From NCBI GenBank assembly GCA_001662655.1, contig KV460245.1: 64,000 nucleotides of DNA; one strand, given 5' to 3'. The notes under the pieces were generated by a model. It worked only from the letters and a program-made list of their open reading frames with translations. It did not search any database and was not told where the DNA came from. Below are positions 22,750 to 34,507 of this stretch, piece after piece. The translations under genes and the position numbers were made by a program. The stretch comes from Pseudogymnoascus verrucosus. Lineage: Eukaryota. The first letter of the stretch is position 1; each line of letters begins with the position of its first letter.

Positions 22750-23363
22750 AGGTTCATTTGGCGCATCAAATGGCACGTAGGGGAGAAGGAAGAGAAGAGG
22801 AGAAGAGGTTCTAGGATTTGCGCATCGAAATGCACATTTGGTGAAGCGCAAGTGGCCCAAGATGGCTAATGCCAACCAAAGTCGGGAGGCCTGCCGCCGT
22901 CCCCCAAACCATGCACGTGAAGAAACACATGTCTTGGCCCAGTGGCTGTTGATTGAAGAGGAGAGAATAAAAAGGACGGAAGAATAAATCCTATATTTAT
23001 TATATCTATATTAATTTTTATAAACAATGAGGAAAATTAAGCCGAATTGTTTCGTTTATAATTGTATTGTTCCAGCGTCTTAAAAATTCATAGGTCATAT
23101 TTTTAGAGACCAAGGAAGGGTTTCATGGTTTCAGGATTGGTGGTTGCTTCGCCAACTCACTTTATGTTTACACCCAGACCAGGCTTTTTGGGGTCCAGCT
23201 TTTGGCCAGGTCGAATATAGGAACTGACCTGATCCCCAACAGAAACTGTAACCAGCATACAAAAAAATCAATTCCAGCTATTGAACTACACTTGCAGCCG
23301 TCACATTATCTCTAAAGATCCCACGATCAAAACAATCCCCAGTATCGCAGCCGACCCACAACG

Positions 23364-24336
23364 ATGTCGCGTATGGCTTATCAGCAAGATCGCTACTCTG
23401 ACAACAACCAAGACCCATCCCCCTCAACGACCGACTCCTACGACCAACCAACAAGGAAACCCACACGTCGAGACCAAAGCGCCCGATCAAGTGAAGGAAC
23501 CGTCAGCACGATGATGAGCGGGAACACAATGTCGACAGGACGAGAGTCGGCGGGCACGAACGTCACAGAGGGTCCAGCGTACTCGAAAAAGATTGTCGTC
23601 GTCGGCGATGGAGGGTGTGGAAAGACTTGCCTGCTTATCTCTTACAGCCAGGGATATTTCCCAGAGGTATGCTCGCTCGAGAACTAAACAGAGAGGCATG
23701 TGCTGACTGGCCCTGCAACAGAAATACGTTCCCACCGTCTTTGAAAATTACATCACATACCCCATCCACAAGAAGTCCGGCAAGGCAGTTGAGCTCGCTC
23801 TCTGGGATACCGCAGGGCAAGAAGAATACGACCGTCTGCGTCCGCTCTCCTACCCCGAGACCGACCTCCTCTTCGTCTGCTTCGCCATCGACTGCCCAAA
23901 CTCCCTCGAGAACGTAATGGACAAGGTACTTCTTCCCCCCCCCTTCCACACCTCCCCAACTCCACCAAACCCCCAATACTAACTAACCTCCCCCCCTCAG
24001 TGGTACCCCGAAGTCCTCCACTTCTGCCCCTACACCCCCCTCGTCCTCGTCGGACTCAAATCCGACCTCCGCACCAAGCGCACGTGCATCGACCTCCTCA
24101 AGACCCAAGGTCTCACCCCCGTCACGCAAGAGCAGGGCATGGCCGTGGCCCAGAAGATGGGCGCGCGCTACATGGAGTGCAGCAGCAAGGAGATGACGGG
24201 CGTCGACGAGATCTTCGAGCAAGCTATCGAGATTGTTGTTTCTGGTGATCGGAGGAATGCGGCGCAGACGCCGCAGGGAGGGACGGTGGGGGGGATGGTG
24301 GTGAAGAAGAAGAAGAGGAATTGCAGGTTTTTGTAA
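23364..24336 (+). CDS. RHO4: Rho-family GTPase, Rho4-type
   Basis: [35 protein letters not shown], polybasic tail plus CAAX ([10 protein letters not shown]), N-terminal extension. Introns 23667-23721 and 23926-24000. Confidence 0.88.
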
Positions 24337-24722
24337 GAAGGGAGTGCGGAAATGGGGGGAGAGGGGGGGTGATGTGTGTGTGTGATATTATGATTATGAC
24401 GGATTATGGAGTTTTGATTTTGATGGGCGGGAATTGGGAGGGGGTTGGGTTGCATTAGCATGCTGAGAAAGAATAAGCTGCAAGTCGCACTACTATGGCA
24501 TCTCTTTTTTCTTTTGTCGTTTAGCTCGTTGGGTGGTATTATAGATGTATAATACAATTCGCGTTCAACTGATCCGTCCGTCTCTGTCTCTTGTTCACCA
24601 ACAAAACAGCCTTTTATGCCCTCAGCGCATCCCATGATATCTCGTAAACAACCCCCCAAACGCCGTCATCCCATCCCATCCCATCTCCCCAGCCCCATCC
24701 ATTCCCCTCAACCCCCCCTCCC

Positions 24723-25174
24723 TCAAACCCTCGATTCATCCCCCTCTTCCTCCTCACCCCCCTCACTCCCCCCCTCCTCACTCTCCCCTTCCCCCGCATT
24801 CACAACAGGCTCATGCCCCATCACATTCTCAAACTGACTCCACAGCGCCTCCACAGACCCAAACTCATTCCCGACTGCTATCACACCCTCGAGGGAGCGA
24901 TTGAGTTTATTGATGTTCGCGAGGACGTGCTCGAGGCTCTGTTGGCGCGCGCGTTAGCTTTGAGTCCTCATTGCGGGGTCTCGTCGCGCGCGGGGTGCGT
25001 GGGGAAGGGGTGAGGAGGTGGCGCGCCGCGGGCGGGAGATAGGGGAGGGGGAGGGAGAGGACATACGACGCCGATTTCACCAAGAAGAGCAGCGCGCTGC
25101 GTCTCGAAGTATGTGCGTTCGCCGGGCGCGCTGTTGGCGCCGGCGCCGGTGGGGGGTTTGGTGGTGGTTGACAT
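24723..25174 (-). CDS. DAD1: DASH/Dam1 complex subunit Dad1
   Basis: [13 protein letters not shown] | [36 protein letters not shown]; intron 24939-25066. Confidence 0.92.
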
Positions 25175-25642
25175 TTTGTTTGGGGAGGTGGTGACGATGT
25201 GAAGTGGGAGGTGGATTGGCGGTGGGGGATGGGTGGACGCGATACGCGATTGATAAAGTGGTGGTAGGGACTATTTAGGCGGTGCCATATGGAGATAGCT
25301 TCTTGTGAGAACAGCTACGATAATACCAGTGGTTTCTTGGGAATAAGGACGGCATGGTAATATATTATTTACTTATGATCTATAAATCAATCAATAGATT
25401 AATCATAACACCCCGAAGCCCTAAAATTACTACTTAAACTGGATTTCAGACGGGAAGACATGCTCGCTCGGGGTCAATTTATCACTATGCGCAAAGAAAC
25501 GAGTTACTTCACTAAAACCTCTTGCCTATAATAAGGGATGGATGGCGGTTATCTCGGGTGTAGCGACTATGTTGGTTGCAGGGCGATTACTTACTCTTGT
25601 GGTGAAAGAAAGAGTGGTGATAGCGAGGTTGACGACGGCAGA

Positions 25643-25696
25643 ATATCAACGACAGCAATATCAGTATCAACGACAGCAGGTATCAACGACAGCAGA
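25643..25696. repeat. Short repeat TATCAACGACAGCA x3
   Basis: Three exact copies with short spacers. Confidence 0.75.
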
Positions 25697-26007
25697 TACC
25701 ATCTAAAAAAACCCCAAGGCGGCAGATATCAACTACAGTAACCTAGACAGCAAAGGGGTGCTCAAAAGCCGCCCCTTGGTGAGGTGAAATAACTGATATT
25801 CAACTTCTTCGTCAGCTACTCTCAACGATTGCAGTCTCCCAACCCCTCTTAAATACCCCCCTCACAGTGACTACCACTCCACATTCCCTCATCAGCGCTG
25901 CCTGAGATCATAACACCAAGGCAGCATCCAGACCAACCTTTACGATCCCCATAACCCCCCCTCCACGCCCACCCGTCCCCAGAACCTACAACACCCCCCC
26001 TTCCCCC

Positions 26008-26097
26008 CCTTCCACCGCTTCCCCCACTTCCACCGCTTCCCCCACTTCCACCGCTCCCCACATAGCCTCACACATAGCCTCACACATAGCCTCACAT
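26008..26097. repeat. Minisatellites (CTTCCACCGCTTCCCCCA)n and (ACATAGCCTCAC)x3
   Basis: Adjacent 18-bp and 12-bp tandem units. Confidence 0.75.
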
Positions 26098-26677
26098 CAC
26101 ACAAAAAACCCCACTAACAGTCATCAAACATTCATTCCATTCCATCCCCTCCCCTCCCCTCTACCACTCCCACTCCCAACGCCACAATCACAGCGCCTAG
26201 CTAAAAACGCGGGTATACTACAAGAGGCGCCCATCGGGCCTCTCATCCAAAAACACTCTTTGCCTCCCCCCTTTTCCCTCCAGAATCCCATACCAGCCAT
26301 TGCATGCACCCCTTCCCCTACCATTCCCATCCCCCATGAACCGGCCATTGCATGCGTGGACTCGTGCAGTCATTCGCCCAAAAGCAAAGCTCCACCCACC
26401 CAGACAATCAAGTATACACGCTATGCATTACATCGCTCGTCATTCATATCCGTCCGTCGCGCCGCTCGAATCCATCGGCAGCGCAGCGCAGCACATACGG
26501 CGTCACAGACGGCGTCAACGTCATTCCGGCGCTGCATCCGCATCCGCATCATCCGATCCAGGGTCCTCTCTCGCCCTCCCTAGCTCAGCGGCGGATAGGC
26601 GGTCCTCCCCTGGACTACCTCGGTATATAAGCAAGCCACGGTAAGGGTCTCAACAATCGTCCAACGACGTCACTTCC

Positions 26678-28061
26678 TCATTCAATCAGTATCTTCCTCT
26701 GGTTCCCCACCGACGTGAACCCCAGCGCCTTCAGGGCGTCGCGGTCCGTGGCTTTAATGACGGTGCGGGCGGGAAGCATGGGGTTATTCGCGTCGACGTG
26801 GGATGCGTCCTTGGCGGCCTGCTCGATGGATTCCATTTCCTCCTTGCACGCTTGCTGGTCGAAGGGGCAGACGATGATGGGTTGGCGGAGGACGATGTCG
26901 CGGGTGTTTGTCATGTGTGCCTGTTTTCGTCATTAGTAAGGTAAGGTAAATTATGTATGGCGCCATGGGGTCGGCGATCTGAGGGGGAGGGGAGGCGCAC
27001 CTTTATTATCAGGAAGAACTCGATCTTGTACAGGCTTCCTGTCGTGGTGAACGAGTTGACGCCGTACATGGGGAAATGCGGCTTGCCCCTCCTAATAATC
27101 CCCTCCGCATCCCTATTCTCCTTACTCGGAAACACGAGACCGAGGTTGGTGGTATAGCCCGTCCCGGGCATCCTGACCCCAATCGGCGTAGTCTGCTTCG
27201 CAATCCTATTCACCTTCTTCGTCGGCTCGTCGCCCTCGTGGTTAAACGTAATCTCCTCCTCGATCGCCATCGTGATCTTCTGAATCATCACCTTCGTCGC
27301 CTTCTTCATATGGTCCAGGTTCGGACTCAGCTTGATATACACGCTGACTGGATCGAGCGGCCCGTAGGACCATCGCGGTAGTGATATGCCCAGCGTGATG
27401 AGGTGGTCCGACACCATATCTGCCGACTCCGGGCGGTTGTACATGCCGAACGTCGACAACGTATCGTATCTCTGTATCGGCACCGGCGTCACGAACTTGC
27501 TCTGGTCCGCGCTCCCCTGCTGCACCGTAACTACCAGCTCATACCGCGTCTCTGCGGTCCGGCTCGGGAGCTGCAGACTGGCCGGTGGGATCCTCCGGTT
27601 CGTCTCCTGTCCTCCTCGCCCAAACGGTATGAACAGCACGAACGGTAGGTCCATCATGACCACATTCTCCGACACCCTCCCGATATCGCACTTCCATAAC
27701 AAGAGCTCCTTGCCCACTATATCCACCGTCTCGCGCCGGGGCGTTCCAAGGTGTTTCTTCACGATCAGCTCGGCGGCGGGGTGTATCGTTTCGCATCGCT
27801 GTAAACATATCGAGACGAGGGATATGGCAACCGGGGCCGAGACGCCCTCCTTCGGGCGGATTTCGACTTTGCCCTCTATGCGCGGCTGCGTGGAACACCA
27901 TTAGCTAGCTATCCCGCCGACGTCACCGCATATCGGAGCTCTCCCTCTCTCTCCCGCGTCGCAAGGGGGGGGGGGGGACTTACCAGAGTAGCAGAGATTC
28001 CAGGGTACCCGACCAAGAAGTTGCTATTTGGCGGCCCTAGAACCCGTACGAACGCCGCCAT
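26678..28061 (-). CDS. Arrestin-fold protein (probably Rgl1/Art1/Spo23-like family)
   Basis: ATG 28061 MAAFVRVLGPPNSNFLVGYPGISATL | PRIEGKVEIR. Introns 27886-27983 and 26921-27000. Arrestin-like beta strands (DLPFVLFIP, IPPASL, YELVVTV, SFTTTGSLYKIEF). Confidence 0.75.
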
Positions 28062-29643
28062 GAGTGGTGGGAGGGGGTGTGCGATCTCGTCACCCTCTCG
28101 CGTTTCTCGCGCTGTTGTTCGGGAATCGTGGGCGACGGCACTTGCGCGGTCTCGCGCTTACTCGCTCTATTTCGCCAGCAGTCTGGACCGGAGCTGCTGC
28201 CGTCGGGGCAGCGACCTGGAGTGGAGGGTAGAAGGACCTCGTCGTCAATGCGCACAATTGCTGGTTACAGCGCCCAAGCTGAGCGAGTATGTAGGTCCTG
28301 GTAATGGGGTGCTTGGTGGTTTGGATAGGTCTGGTTGTTTGTTGTAGAGTGCCAAGGCGTTTGTGTACCTTTGACGTCGTTCTTGTCGCAAGCGATAAGC
28401 ACAATCTAAGACAAAGGCTGCGTCGGGGAGGGGGGCTGAGGTTGGTGGAGGGAGATGTTTAGTTTGTTGACGTGGTGGTTCCAGGGCGCATGTGTTAACG
28501 AGTGTGGGGATGCTGGCGGTGGTTATAGTGTAGGTAGCTGGCCAGAGGTGAATGAGGTAGCTGCGATGTGGGGAAGAGGTGTGGTGTGCCGTTGTGAAGA
28601 GGAGGAGGAGGAGGAGTAGGAAGGAGCAGTCCAGTAGTCCAGTAGTCCAATAGTCGAGGAGAAACCACCCCGGGAAGTGAGGCTTTGGGTCTCTGGGGAT
28701 GTGCGGAGAGAGACAGAGAGAGGGAGGAAGGAAGGTATGGTATAAGGGAGGGAGAGATCCCAGAGCAAGAGGATGCAGAGGTAGTAGCCCCAGCGGTAGA
28801 CCAGGATAGCCAAAGAGGAGCTCTGTATCCGAGAAGACGTAAGGCGGCGGAATCAGGTTGGCGCTTACTCTTTCTCTCTCTCCTCTCTCATTTCAGCAGG
28901 ATGGGATTACGACGGTCCATTCCTTCCCACAGATTCCCACGGAGCAAGGTATAATACAGCTAATGCAGAGAGGGATGTCCACGAACAAGAACGCGCAACG
29001 AATGAAGCTCAGCCTCGTGGTGAATGCGCGGATAATGTGTTGATCTGTTGGGATTAAATAGAATTAAAGGATTAAAGGATCCCATAGGAATAAATAATGT
29101 AGTATTAGATAGAAGACGGCATGTCAAACTGGGAGATGTGTATAGATGTTTACAGCTGTATGTACTGTAGAGTAGAGGAGAGGAGAGGAGTAAATACAGT
29201 ACATACAACAACAGCTATGTGCACAAATAGGTTACTCTACTCTACACTACAGCAAGTTACTCTACAGCGCATGTACAAACATAAAATATAAAACATAAAA
29301 TACATACATAAAATAAATAACCTGCACTGCACTGTACTCCAAACATCATAAATCCGTATAAACCTAAAATCTCGGTACGGCCGTGCTTTTGGTCTTTCAG
29401 CCCTACGGATCCCCCGATAAATGGTTGGTCGCAGATAACCAGGCCCAAAAGACCACCGCCGCTGCAACTGAAAGCACTCAAATGACATAACACACCACCA
29501 CCACCACCGGCACCACGCACCTCCAATCGATCGACCTCGCACACACCGCTGCTGCTGCTGTACAGCTACCTATCTACCCTATCCTACCTCAACCCGCCGT
29601 AGAGGCAGCCGGGACAGACAATACAGACACACACCCATCCATC

Positions 29644-30193
29644 ATGTCCGTAACACTCCACACCACCCACGGCGACATGAAGATCGAAGTCTTCTGCGAG
29701 AGCGTTCCCAAGACCGCAGAGGTGGATAAATAGCCCCCATCCCCCCTATTTCCGCCCCCAGCTAACCCCTCTCCCCCCCCAGAACTTCCTCGCCCTCTGC
29801 GCCTCCTCCTACTACACCCCCACCCCCTTCCACCGTCTCATCCCCGGATTCATGATCCAAACCGGCGCCCCCCCCCTCACCCCCAAAGGCGGCACCTCCA
29901 TCTGGGGCACCGACTTCGAGGACGAGATCCGCCCTTCCCTCCGCCACAACGCCGCTGGGATCGTGAGTATGGCGAACAAGGGGCCTGATACGAATAACAG
30001 CCAGTTTTTTATCACCCTCGCGCCGGCGCCGCATTTGGATGGCGTGAATACGGTGTTTGGACATGTGGTGGGGGAAGAGGGGATGGAGACGCTGAGGAAG
30101 TTGGGGGGGGTGGAGGTGGGGAGGAAGAATAGGCCGGTGGAAGATATTAGGATTGAGAGGGTTACGGTGCATGCGAATCCGTTAGCGGGGTGA
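29644..30193 (+). CDS. CYP10: Cyclophilin-type peptidyl-prolyl isomerase, PPIL3/Cyp10-like
   Basis: MSVTLHTTHGDMKIEVFCESVPKTAE | NFLALCAS, FHRLIPGFMIQTG, SMANKGPDTNNSQFFIT, VHANPLA; intron 29722-29782. Confidence 0.9.
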
Positions 30194-31033
30194 GGGGAAG
30201 TGCTGGAAAGATAGATGGTTATTTGAAAGGAAGGGAAGGAGGGGTCGGAGAGAAAAGGGGGAGGATTCTAAGGGAGGGAGGGCCAAGAGAGGGGAAGGGA
30301 AAGGACAGCGGTTACCGAAAAGGCCGTGGGAAGATTGCCGGCCAGTATGATAACCTCTGGAATGGTGATAGAGGAGTGTCTGGTGCAGATATCTGGTCCA
30401 GTTATCTGGTCACAGTTATTCACCAGGCACCATAAGCACCCAGAGCCATATTCAGATCCAAGGAGGCCAGTGAGAGGATGCAGCATATACCCAAGCACCC
30501 ACACAAATCACCACAGATCACCCCACCAACAAATTTAGAATACCTCAATTAGCCTATCTCAAAGTAGCAAAAACCTAGCTAATACAACAACAACAACAAT
30601 AACGTTGACTTCTTCCGTGTGTATTGGATCAATCTGATTTTGAAGCCACAAAAAGCCCAGTATTATCATCTCCCTCAACCAACGCAAAGCAATAACTCAT
30701 CCCACCACTACTCCTTGTTGAAAATTCTTCCCTGAATGATCGGATACCTCGAAACCCATACCATAGATACCATAGCTCCTTTTTAAAATCCATCGCTCCC
30801 TTCAGTTAATCAGACATTTGTTTCTTCGCGGTCGTATTCCGGGGATTGGGTTTCTGTGGCCATCGCCGACCCAAAGTTGAACTCTGAGCTGAGCCGGTGA
30901 CAACAGAACAACCACCCCGCCTCCCCGATCCACTGAATAAACCCCTCTTCATCAAAACATCAAAAGACCTCCCCCCAAACGCCGAAAATCCACAACCTCC
31001 CCAAATCCCATAAACCTACACCCCCTTATCCAT

Positions 31034-34000
31034 CTAAAACGGCACCAGAACAACAAACTTCACCCAATCCTCCCCCCCCAACCTCGTAACCTTCCTCTCA
31101 ACCCCAACCCAATACCCCCCAAACACCCCCTCCCCCACCATCCTAAACACCTCTCCCCCCACCTTCTTCTCCTCCCCCCCCTTCGGCGGTCTCGGCGCCT
31201 TCTTCGCAACAAGCACAACCTGCCTCGTATACTCCTCGTCATCAACATCCACAAGCTCTCTATCAACACTAACCAGCAGATCCCCGAATTCGCTAGAAGG
31301 GTCCGAGGAGTATTTAATCCCGTCTTGGGCTTGCAGAATTAGCGGTGCGGGAGGTAGGGCGGGTGCGCGAACGGGTGGTGCGCTGGAGGGCGCTGCTGCG
31401 GCGGCGAAGGGAGGGGTGGGGTAAGGGGTGATGTAGGCGCGGGGAGGGGCGGACATGAAGCCCTGTGTGTTATCGGCAGGGACGCCGCGCGGGTTCTGCG
31501 GGGTGGAGAAGACCTGTTGGTGGTGGTGCAACTGGGATGGGAATTGGGGACGGGCGAATTGGTCGGTTTCGGGATGGGATGGGCGGGTTGATGGAGCGGC
31601 GGTGGGGTCGCGGGGGGGTTGGGTTAGGTAGGGCTTTGAATCGATGTGTGGGGCGTCGGCCATGGGGACGTCGGCTGAGGGGTGGGAGGGGCGAGAGGCG
31701 GCTTCCTGGGTTGCGGCGCGGGATGGCTGGTTGGCTGATGTGTTCTCCATGGGTGCTGGTTGAGTAGTCGCCATGCTTGACTTATCCTGAACTGCCGCGG
31801 TTTCAACAGTAGCCACCGGGGTAGCGCTATATTCAGCAGGCGGGGTAGAATTCGAAGGAAGCGGCTGCACTGGCGCTGTAGTCTCAACCGGAGCATCAAC
31901 CATCGCAACATCCACCGTATTCTCCACAGACTTCGGCTGAGGAGTCACCTCACTTTCAGATGGAATAGGCGTCATCGGTTCATTGAGTACAGATCGCAAT
32001 GACAAGCTTGTTCGGGTACTACCCACGCCTGGCCATTTATTAACAGCCGGAGACTCAGTACGTGCAGATCTCTGCACCGGAGCAGCTTCTGCAGCGGTTA
32101 GCATGGTTGCAAATCCCGGTCGGACGGCCGGTTCCTGCGTCGCCGTCGCTGGTGTCGACACCGCCCTCGTCATATCCGAGAGAGGAGAAGGCGCTGAAAC
32201 CGCACCACCACCTAGCTGAGCCGGGTAATCCCCAGTTCGAGAGCGCTTCTTAGGTCTCTTGGGCGTAGCAGCGCCAGTCTGTTTGGCGATCAACTGGTCG
32301 ATGTGTTTCTCGACGTGTCGTCTCTGGCCTTCTCTATCCAGGTTGTGGTATTGAGAGGTCACCTTCATCCTGCACCATTTTTCCATCTTCACCCTCTGCG
32401 TCTCTCGGTCTAGCAGGTGGAACTTGCTGCGGTCGGATTCAGGGGCGGCTACACTGCTGCCGGTGGATGTCGGCGTGTTGTTGCCCTGTCGGAGGTGGCT
32501 GTAGGCAGCGGTAAGGTCCTTGGCATGTCGAGTCCAAGACGCATCAGCCCCATTGCTCTTGGTCCCAGCCCCATTGCTCTTGGCCTCAGCCTCATTGCTC
32601 TTGTTGGTCTCAGCCCTATTGCTCTTGTTAACCTCCGCCGGTTTGGCAGGTGGGGCATTGGAATTCAGCATGGATTTTTTCCGAGCTTCTAGTGCTTCTT
32701 GCTCAGATGTACTACGGCGAATCGCCTCAGCCAAATCCGCATCTCCCTTTGAGTTCAGAGTTTCTCTCTCCTTGGCTTCTTTAGCCTCTATCCTGGCCTG
32801 CCTCACCATCTGGGCTCTAGCATCACTGGCGGCCTTGTCGGATCTTTTGGCAGTGTGCTTAACTTCGACCTTCTTCAAGGGGGTGACGACAACCTCGCCA
32901 TTCTTCCTCTGCTTCTCAACTTCTCTGGCAAGGGCGCCTTGCTCCAGTTGGTCGACTCTCTTGCGATTATATTCGATGATGTTCATCCCCTTCGCCGCCG
33001 CCTTCTCGGCCACGATTCTCTTCGCTTCCCTCACAGCTCTGTCGATACTTGGTCCCTGTTCCCTTTCGTTATAGTCTGGGTCCGCCACGCAGATTCGGCA
33101 ATACTCCTCTATCTCCGTGCGAATCAGGTCTTTGAGGTACTTTTCGAAGACGCAAGTATCGTAGTTGACCCAACACCCACCGGACAGCTTAGGATAGTTT
33201 CCATCTTTGAGATACCGACCGTCTCGGGTTTCCGGGACGACCTTCACGCGGAAGACGCCGTGGGCTTGGATAACACCGTACATCGCGTGCTTGTTGAAGA
33301 CTTCGGGCTCTGAAGAATCTTTCCAGTAGCCAATAAGGACATCTTTGCCCTTGATGACATACTTTGATCGCTCTCTTGGTGGAGTTTCCGAACGACTTGG
33401 AGAACCAGTAATGCTCCGAATTGCGTCTGGGATGGGCATTGGGAGAGGAGAAGCCTTTTGTGACTTTTTAGGAGGCTTCATGTCGAGAGGGCTGTCATTA
33501 CGCGCCGCTCTATTCGCTGAAGGTGTGTAAACCTGCTCTGGACCTTTCGTGGTCGAACTGTTTGGAGATGAAGAAGGCCCGTCGTAGGAACCCCCAGGCG
33601 TGCTCTTATCGGGCTTGCCTTCATTTGATTTGCGAGGCGTTTTCTTAGATTTCTTTGCGCTAGTGCCTTTGTTCTCGATCTTAACATTGGATTCAGAAGC
33701 GGCCGCAATTTCTTTTGCCTCTGCAACTGCACTCTGATCGAGGGCATCTCGCACCTCTGGCTTTTCTTCTCTGTTCCAAGTCTGAACTCTAATTCTGACG
33801 TACTCAGTTAACTCTTTCCTAGAGAGACCTTTAAGGTGAGGATCCAGCAGCCACTCATGCGACTTTGCCGCCCATGTGCCGGTGCCTGAAGGAAAGTTCC
33901 CAGTGTACTTTGATCCGTCCTTGCGCTCGGGATATTTGCGGCCATGCAATGCAAGTTTGGGATCTAGAAATCCGTAGAGTACATGCTTTCTCTCATCGAT

Positions 34001-34507
34001 CGGCTCATCTGACAAGCTCCATACTCCGATCGGCACCCCGTGCTTCACTTCATGGCCCTTCCATGTTGGGCCCTGAGTGCCTTTCCACGTCCATCCAGAC
34101 TTTTTCTCCGCTGGCTCGGTGGGCTCAGCTTTTCCTGCTAAGCCGGCGAGGTAGTCAACGTTAGTAGAGTTTCTCTTGCGCTTTCGCCCGAGAATGGGAG
34201 ATTCGTCGTCGGAATCATCGGGTTCATTGTGATTGACGAATATCGTAGAAGACCCTGTGCTTGGCTGGGCTGCGCTTGGTTGATCCGTGCTTGGCTGAGT
34301 AACAGAATCCATGGCCCCAGTCGTCTGTACAACCAGCTCTTCTGAAGTAGGAAGTGGCGTGCTCGAGACCGGCTGGATTATTCCAGTGTCCATTTCTGCG
34401 GTTGGAGGAGCTGCCACAGCAGCATCTGAGGTTGTGGAAACGACGTTCTCTTTGTTCATTTCACCTTCGCCAGGTGGAACTTTCTGGATGCTACTTGGAG
34501 CAAACAT
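31034..34507 (-). CDS. Uncharacterised 1157-aa protein with two pairs of internally duplicated domains
   Basis: Long intronless ORF, NLS-like GRKRKR and PKRPKKR; duplicated IGxW...KHxxYG...GNxP domain. Confidence 0.8.
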   Translation of the reverse strand: MFAPSSIQKVPPGEGEMNKENVVSTTSDAAVAAPPTAEMDTGIIQPVSSTPLPTSEELVVQTTGAMDSVTQPSTDQPSAAQPSTGSSTIFVNHNEPDDSDDESPILGRKRKRNSTNVDYLAGLAGKAEPTEPAEKKSGWTWKGTQGPTWKGHEVKHGVPIGVWSLSDEPIDERKHVLYGFLDPKLALHGRKYPERKDGSKYTGNFPSGTGTWAAKSHEWLLDPHLKGLSRKELTEYVRIRVQTWNREEKPEVRDALDQSAVAEAKEIAAASESNVKIENKGTSAKKSKKTPRKSNEGKPDKSTPGGSYDGPSSSPNSSTTKGPEQVYTPSANRAARNDSPLDMKPPKKSQKASPLPMPIPDAIRSITGSPSRSETPPRERSKYVIKGKDVLIGYWKDSSEPEVFNKHAMYGVIQAHGVFRVKVVPETRDGRYLKDGNYPKLSGGCWVNYDTCVFEKYLKDLIRTEIEEYCRICVADPDYNEREQGPSIDRAVREAKRIVAEKAAAKGMNIIEYNRKRVDQLEQGALAREVEKQRKNGEVVVTPLKKVEVKHTAKRSDKAASDARAQMVRQARIEAKEAKERETLNSKGDADLAEAIRRSTSEQEALEARKKSMLNSNAPPAKPAEVNKSNRAETNKSNEAEAKSNGAGTKSNGADASWTRHAKDLTAAYSHLRQGNNTPTSTGSSVAAPESDRSKFHLLDRETQRVKMEKWCRMKVTSQYHNLDREGQRRHVEKHIDQLIAKQTGAATPKRPKKRSRTGDYPAQLGGGAVSAPSPLSDMTRAVSTPATATQEPAVRPGFATMLTAAEAAPVQRSARTESPAVNKWPGVGSTRTSLSLRSVLNEPMTPIPSESEVTPQPKSVENTVDVAMVDAPVETTAPVQPLPSNSTPPAEYSATPVATVETAAVQDKSSMATTQPAPMENTSANQPSRAATQEAASRPSHPSADVPMADAPHIDSKPYLTQPPRDPTAAPSTRPSHPETDQFARPQFPSQLHHHQQVFSTPQNPRGVPADNTQGFMSAPPRAYITPYPTPPFAAAAAPSSAPPVRAPALPPAPLILQAQDGIKYSSDPSSEFGDLLVSVDRELVDVDDEEYTRQVVLVAKKAPRPPKGGEEKKVGGEVFRMVGEGVFGGYWVGVERKVTRLGGEDWVKFVVLVPF

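Noticed and set aside
25849..26644. Gly/Ser-repeat and other short ORFs
   Set aside because: Translations of minisatellites and probable UTR sequence.
28077..29544. Several short ORFs between the arrestin-like and cyclophilin genes
   Set aside because: Purine-rich or simple-sequence promoter and 5' UTR DNA without coding signatures.
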